This document shows positions 59,479-64,000 of a DNA stretch of 64,000 nucleotides, piece by piece (position 1 is the first letter of the stretch; each line of letters opens with the position of its first letter). The DNA comes from Planctomycetota bacterium (GTDB taxonomy: Bacteria > Planctomycetota > PLA2 > JAEUHO01), in assembly GCA_050248855.1 (NCBI GenBank), contig JBFWRP010000005.1, forward strand, positions 64,001 to 128,000, written 5' to 3'. Both the position numbers and the translations under genes were made by a program. A model generated the notes under the pieces. The model was not told where the DNA came from and ran no database searches. It was given only the letters and a program-made list of their open reading frames with translations.

Positions 59479-60984
59479 CTAGCGCGTGTCGAGCCACGCC
59501 TGCTCGTTGACGAACAACGGGCGGTAGCGCTCCAGCACGTTGGCCAGTGCCGCCCGGGCGCCGGCCACGTCGCCCGCCGCGGCCCGGTCCCAGAACCGGG
59601 CGTAGACGTTGTGTAGGAGACCGTTGCGCATCTCCTCGTCGTCCACCCGCTTGGCCAGCCACGTGGCAAACCAACGCTGCGCGTAGAGGTCGCGCGTGAC
59701 CCCCTCGCCGGCCCCCTTCTCGTAGAGATCGTCCAGGAAGCGCTGCCAGCGCTTGCGGTCCAGACCCTCCTGCGCACGCAGCGTGGCGTCCACGCCCTGC
59801 TCGCCGCCCAATGCATCGCGCAACAGGATGCGGGCGTTGTCCCACACGGCGCGGCTCTCCCGCTCGGAACGCACGATCCCGACCAGCGAGCCGATATAGG
59901 GGCTGTCGTCCTCGCCCCACGCTCCGGCAGCCCGTACGGCGGCGCTGCGCAGCATCGAGCTCTTGGCGTGGAACCACTGCGGCAGCTCTGCGCCGAAGGC
60001 TTCGTCGCGGGCTCCGGCCAGTGCTTCGAGCACGTGGCGGCGGACGATCTCGGTCTCCTGGGGGTCCTCGAGCATCTCCCGGAGCCGGGCGCGGAACGTG
60101 GCCACGAGGTCGGGGCGCTTGGCCAGCTCCACCGCCGCCACCTGACGGAGCAGCGGGTCGTCGTCGTGGAGGGCCGCCCGGAAGAGGGCCTCCATGGTCC
60201 CTGCGGACACCGCGTCGGGACAGGCCTTCGTGACGAACACGAGGTTGTGGACGGTCTGGAGCCCGCGCATCCTCACCTTGGCGTCGGCGTCCTCCTGCGC
60301 GAGGGCCAGGGCCTGGGCGACGCTCTCGCAGTCCTTGAACTGGACGACGGCGGCGAGCGCGCCCTCGATCATCATGCGCTCTTGGTCGTGGTGGACACGC
60401 GGATCGCCCGAGCGCACGAGGAGCGGCCGGATGCCCGGCATCAACGTCGCGTCCTCCAGCTGCCGCGCCAGCTGGATGGCATCCACGCGGGTGCGATCCC
60501 CCTCGCGGGCCAGCCACGTCGCGACGACACTCCGCACGTCGAACGCCGGGTCGTGCATCACGTCGGAACGAAACCACGGCTTCTGCGCCACCGAGGACAG
60601 GACGGCTTCGCGAACACGCGGCTCGCCGGTGCGCAGGATCTCCTCCAGCGGTTCGCGCCCCGCGATCTCGTCCAGCAAGGCAATGCACTGGCGGCGCACG
60701 CCGTACGCCTCGTCCGGCGAGCGAACGGTCCGGAGCAAGGCCGCGACGACTTCGTCGCGATCGCCCTTGCGCAGGAGCTCGCGGCCCTCCTCCTGCGTGC
60801 GCGGGTTGTCGGCGTACAGCTTGCGGATGGCCTGCTCGCTGGCGTTGCCGTAGAGGAACGCGACCCAGGCCGCAGACGCCATGAGCGTGGCCGCGACGAT
60901 GACGCCCAGGCGGCCGAGCCCGCGCTCCCGGATCGGGGACGGAGCTCGGCGCGACGAGGCATCGCTCAGCAGGGGCTCGGGCAT
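59479..60984 (-). CDS. Membrane-anchored HEAT-repeat protein
   Basis: GGAGG plus ATG 60984; N-terminal [21 protein letters not shown] repeats. Confidence 0.72.
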   Translation of the reverse strand: MPEPLLSDASSRRAPSPIRERGLGRLGVIVAATLMASAAWVAFLYGNASEQAIRKLYADNPRTQEEGRELLRKGDRDEVVAALLRTVRSPDEAYGVRRQCIALLDEIAGREPLEEILRTGEPRVREAVLSSVAQKPWFRSDVMHDPAFDVRSVVATWLAREGDRTRVDAIQLARQLEDATLMPGIRPLLVRSGDPRVHHDQERMMIEGALAAVVQFKDCESVAQALALAQEDADAKVRMRGLQTVHNLVFVTKACPDAVSAGTMEALFRAALHDDDPLLRQVAAVELAKRPDLVATFRARLREMLEDPQETEIVRRHVLEALAGARDEAFGAELPQWFHAKSSMLRSAAVRAAGAWGEDDSPYIGSLVGIVRSERESRAVWDNARILLRDALGGEQGVDATLRAQEGLDRKRWQRFLDDLYEKGAGEGVTRDLYAQRWFATWLAKRVDDEEMRNGLLHNVYARFWDRAAAGDVAGARAALANVLERYRPLFVNEQAWLDTR

Positions 60985-61062
60985 GGAGTCCTCCGACCAG
61001 GGCGCCCCGCCGTGCCATGGCCCCCGGCGCGGGCATCGACCCGTCGCCGGGCCCGGGGCACG

Positions 61063-62049
61063 ATGCGGTGGCAACGAGTGCGGAGTGTCCCCATTCCCGA
61101 CCCCGGCCCCCAGGAAAGCCTCATCGCCCTGGTCCTCGGGCCGGAGCACGCGGGCGCACGCTTGGACCGGGCTCTCGCCGATGCGATGCCCGGCCACAGT
61201 CGCACCACGCTCGCGCGCTGGATCCGCGAAGGGCGCGTCCACGTCGATGGCCGGGTGGCCCGACCGCGGGACGCCGTCGCGGGCGGCGAGCGCGTCGAGC
61301 TCCGCGTGCCGCCGCCGCGCGGCACGCACCTCGAGCCCGAGGACCGCCCGCTCGACATCCTCTACCAGGACGAGCACCTCCTCGTGCTCGACAAGCCGCC
61401 GGGCCTTGTGGTGCATCCCGGTCACGGCCAGCCGGACGGGACGCTGGCCAACGCACTGGTCCACGCGCTTCGCGACCTGCCGACCGGGACGGGCTCGGAT
61501 CGACCGGGCATCGTCCATCGTCTCGACAAGGACACCTCGGGCGTGATGGTCGTGGCCCGTACCGATGCTGCGCAAGCGGCGCTCGCCCGTCAGTTCGCCG
61601 AACGCATCGTCGCCAAGACGTACGTGGCCGTCGTGCACCGTGGGGACGTGGACGCCGAGGGCGAGATCGACCTCCCCATCGCCCGGTCGCGCACCCACCG
61701 CACGCGCATGGCGATCGCCGAGGAGGGGCACGGGCGGCCCGCGCGCACGCGCTACGAGGTGTTGCGCCGGCTGCCGCGCCACGCGGTTCTCGCCTGCTAC
61801 CCCGCGACGGGGCGCACGCACCAGATCCGGGTGCACCTGCGCGCGATCGGCCACCCCATCGTGGGCGATCCGTTCTACGGCCTCCACGGCGCCATCGGCG
61901 AGGGCGCCGCACCGCGGTTGCTGCTGCATGCGTGGCGGCTGGCCTTCGACCATCCGGCAACCGGCGAACGGGTCACGTTCGAGGCGCCGTGGCCGGACGA
62001 CCTCGTGCAGGCGATCGAGGCCCTCGCCGTGCTTCGGCCACGTACGTGA
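61063..62049 (+). CDS. rluD: RluA-family 23S rRNA pseudouridine synthase with S4 domain
   Basis: RLDRALA S4 domain, [35 protein letters not shown]; exact start uncertain. Confidence 0.93.
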   Translation: MRWQRVRSVPIPDPGPQESLIALVLGPEHAGARLDRALADAMPGHSRTTLARWIREGRVHVDGRVARPRDAVAGGERVELRVPPPRGTHLEPEDRPLDILYQDEHLLVLDKPPGLVVHPGHGQPDGTLANALVHALRDLPTGTGSDRPGIVHRLDKDTSGVMVVARTDAAQAALARQFAERIVAKTYVAVVHRGDVDAEGEIDLPIARSRTHRTRMAIAEEGHGRPARTRYEVLRRLPRHAVLACYPATGRTHQIRVHLRAIGHPIVGDPFYGLHGAIGEGAAPRLLLHAWRLAFDHPATGERVTFEAPWPDDLVQAIEALAVLRPRT

Positions 62050-62087
62050 GCGGCCGCGCCGTACCCTGGCGCCCCCGGAGGACCTCG

Positions 62088-63773
62088 ATGAGCGACGCCA
62101 CATCCGATGCGGCCCGTTGGCGGCGGGAGACCTACGACCCCGCGGTGGCGCGCCATGCCGAACGGCGCGCGTCCTTCGAGACGTCGTCGGGCATCGAGCT
62201 GGACCCCGTCTACGCGCCCGATCCCGTGCCGGGATCGCTCGGCTGGCCCGGCGAGCCGCCGTTCACGCGAGGCGTACAGCCCACGATGTACCGGGGTCGC
62301 CTGTGGACGATGCGCCAGTACGCCGGGTTCGCCACGGCCGCGGCCAGCAACGAGCGCTACCGGGCGCTCTTGGCCCAGGGCACGACGGGCTTGTCCGTGG
62401 CCTTCGACTTGCCCACCCAGATCGGCTACGACCCGGATCACCCGCTGGCCTCGGGCGAGGTAGGTCGCGTCGGCGTCTCGATCGCCACGCTGGAGGACAT
62501 GGAGACGCTCTTGGCGGGCATCCCGCTCGATCGCGTCAGCGTGTCCATGACGATCAACTCCACGGCCATCGTCCTCTTGGCGCTGCTCGTGGCCGTCGCC
62601 AAGCGCCAGGGCGTCGACCCGTCGCGCGTGCGCGGCACCGTGCAGAACGACCTGTTCAAGGAGTTCGTCGCGCGCGGCACGCAGCGGCTGCCCGTCCGGC
62701 CCAGCTTGCGCCTCGTGACGGACGTCATCGAGCACGCCACGCGGCACCTGCCCAAGCTCAACCCGGTCAGCATCAGCGGCTACCACATCCGCGAAGCGGG
62801 CTCGACCGCCGTCGAGGAAGTCGCCTTCACGCTGGCACACGGCATCGGCTACGTGGAGCAAGCCCTGGCACGAGGGCTCGACGTCGACGACTTCGCGCCG
62901 CGCCTCTCGTTCTTCTTCAACGCGCACAACCACCTGTTCGAGGAGGTCGCCAAGTTCCGCGCAGCGCGCCGGCTATGGGCTTCGATCATGGCGGACCGCT
63001 TCGGCGCCAAGGACCCCGCCAGCCTCATGCTGCGCTTCCATACGCAGACGGGGGGCAGCACGCTGCAGGCGCGCCAGGTGGACGTGAACGTGGTGCGCGT
63101 CACCGTGCAAGCGCTGGCTGCCGTCTTGGGCGGCACGCAGTCGCTGCACACCAACGGCCGCGACGAGGCCCTCGCGCTGCCCTCCGAGGAGAGCGCCGTG
63201 CTGGCCCTGCGCACGCAGCAGGTGCTCGGCTACGAGAGCGGCGTGACGGACGTGGTCGACCCGCTGGGTGGCTCCCCCTACGTCGAGCGCCTGACCGACG
63301 AGATCGAAGCGCGCGCGCGGGCCTGGATCGCCCGGATCGACGCCGCCGGGGGCACGATCGCCGCCGTGGAGGCGGGGATCCCGCAGCGCGCCATCGAGGC
63401 GAGCGCGTACGAAGCGCAGCGGCGCATCGAGTCGGGCGCCGACGTGGTGGTCGGCGTCAACCGGTTCGCAAGCGACGACGAAGCCGCGCCCGAGCTGTTC
63501 CGGATCGACCCCGCGCTCGAAACCGAGGCGTGCGAACGCGTGCGGGCCTGGCGCGCGCGGCGCGATGCCGGCGCGTGCGCCGCGGCCCTCGGTGCCTTGG
63601 CCGCCGCCGCGGCCGACGAGGGGATCAACGTGTTCCCCGCGGTGCTTGCGGCCGTCGAGGCGGGAGCCACGGTCGGCGAAGTGCTGCAGGTCTTCGAGGA
63701 CCGTTACGGGACGTTCCTGGCCCCGCGGCCCGTGGAGGTCGTCGCGGGCTCGCCGAAACGCTCGACGATCTGA
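62088..63773 (+). CDS. Methylmalonyl-CoA mutase family, substrate-binding (large) subunit, split type
   Basis: [18 protein letters not shown] (Tyr), [29 protein letters not shown]; no B12-binding DxHxxG domain. Confidence 0.93.
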   Translation: MSDATSDAARWRRETYDPAVARHAERRASFETSSGIELDPVYAPDPVPGSLGWPGEPPFTRGVQPTMYRGRLWTMRQYAGFATAAASNERYRALLAQGTTGLSVAFDLPTQIGYDPDHPLASGEVGRVGVSIATLEDMETLLAGIPLDRVSVSMTINSTAIVLLALLVAVAKRQGVDPSRVRGTVQNDLFKEFVARGTQRLPVRPSLRLVTDVIEHATRHLPKLNPVSISGYHIREAGSTAVEEVAFTLAHGIGYVEQALARGLDVDDFAPRLSFFFNAHNHLFEEVAKFRAARRLWASIMADRFGAKDPASLMLRFHTQTGGSTLQARQVDVNVVRVTVQALAAVLGGTQSLHTNGRDEALALPSEESAVLALRTQQVLGYESGVTDVVDPLGGSPYVERLTDEIEARARAWIARIDAAGGTIAAVEAGIPQRAIEASAYEAQRRIESGADVVVGVNRFASDDEAAPELFRIDPALETEACERVRAWRARRDAGACAAALGALAAAAADEGINVFPAVLAAVEAGATVGEVLQVFEDRYGTFLAPRPVEVVAGSPKRSTI

Positions 63774-63892
63774 CGCGCGGCCGGGCACGAGCGCGCCCCG
63801 CAGCAGGTCTTCGCCCGGCGACGCCGCACGTAGCGCACCGCCAAGCCGGTCACGGCCGCCGCGACGATCGCCAGGGCGAGGACTTCCTGCAC
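63704..63892 (-). CDS. FeoB-associated Cys-rich membrane protein
   Basis: Single TM, RRRR, CCGARSC; directly downstream of the feoB 3' end. Confidence 0.75.
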   Translation of the reverse strand: MQEVLALAIVAAAVTGLAVRYVRRRRAKTCCGARSCPAARQIVERFGEPATTSTGRGARNVP

Positions 63893-63896
63893 GGCC

Positions 63897-64000
63897 TCAG
63901 CCCCCCCATCCGAGCGCTCGACCGCCCTGGTAGACGATGAGGCTCCCGAGGTACGCTGCGACGGTCATGTAGCCGAACATGAAGAGCGGCCAACGCCACG
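63897..64000 (-). CDS. feoB: Ferrous iron transporter FeoB, C-terminal end (partial; not in the ORF track)
   Basis: Manual translation WRWPLFMFGYMTVAAYLGSLIVYQGGRALGWGG* matches the typical FeoB C-terminus; supported by the neighbouring Cys-rich ORF. Confidence 0.8.
   Translation of the reverse strand, partial: WRWPLFMFGYMTVAAYLGSLIVYQGGRALGWGG

Noticed and set aside
63704..63773. 70-bp convergent overlap of the mutase and the FeoB-associated ORF as a regulatory feature
   Set aside because: Both tails are low-information extensions, and such overlaps are common where stop codons are rare.

Overview
Very GC-rich bacterial chromosomal window, most likely from an uncultured Planctomycetota/PVC lineage. 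This is an inference from the ECF sigma fused to an extracytoplasmic tail, the many HEAT/VWA/carboxypeptidase-regulatory-like proteins, the Cys-rich DUF11 protein and kdsA/kdsB. Housekeeping and envelope genes fill 1-15 kb and 33-64 kb (fhs, plsC, RNase HII-like, katG, PhoX-like, acpS, nagZ with a symporter, kdsA, lysA, fliA, glyQS, pyrG, kdsB, rluD, methylmalonyl-CoA mutase, feoB 3' end). Between them is an ~18-kb accessory region (about 15.1-33.15 kb) abutting the 3' end of tRNA-Thr(CGT). It is bracketed by an inverted 24-bp motif, CATGnGATTTGCCCGCACTCGGTA: one copy on the left and a stuttered cluster on the right. Both inner junctions coincide with gene fragments, and a degenerate 70-bp duplication covers the tRNA 3' end plus its flank. 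No intact integrase or transposase is visible. The cargo is four standalone carboxypeptidase-regulatory-like surface proteins, an ECF sigma fused to such a module with an apparent internal ribosome-binding site at the fusion point, two ~79%-identical GNATs, an AadA-like nucleotidyltransferase and a DUF4143 ATPase with overlapping upstream palindromes. Other points: several apparent pseudo-enzymes or pseudo-domains, an OxyR-like box before an exported KatG, many apparently leaderless genes and a 4x tandem repeat of a gene's stop region. All family assignments are by motif recognition; no database search was run. Most long overlapping ORFs in the track are high-GC shadow frames.
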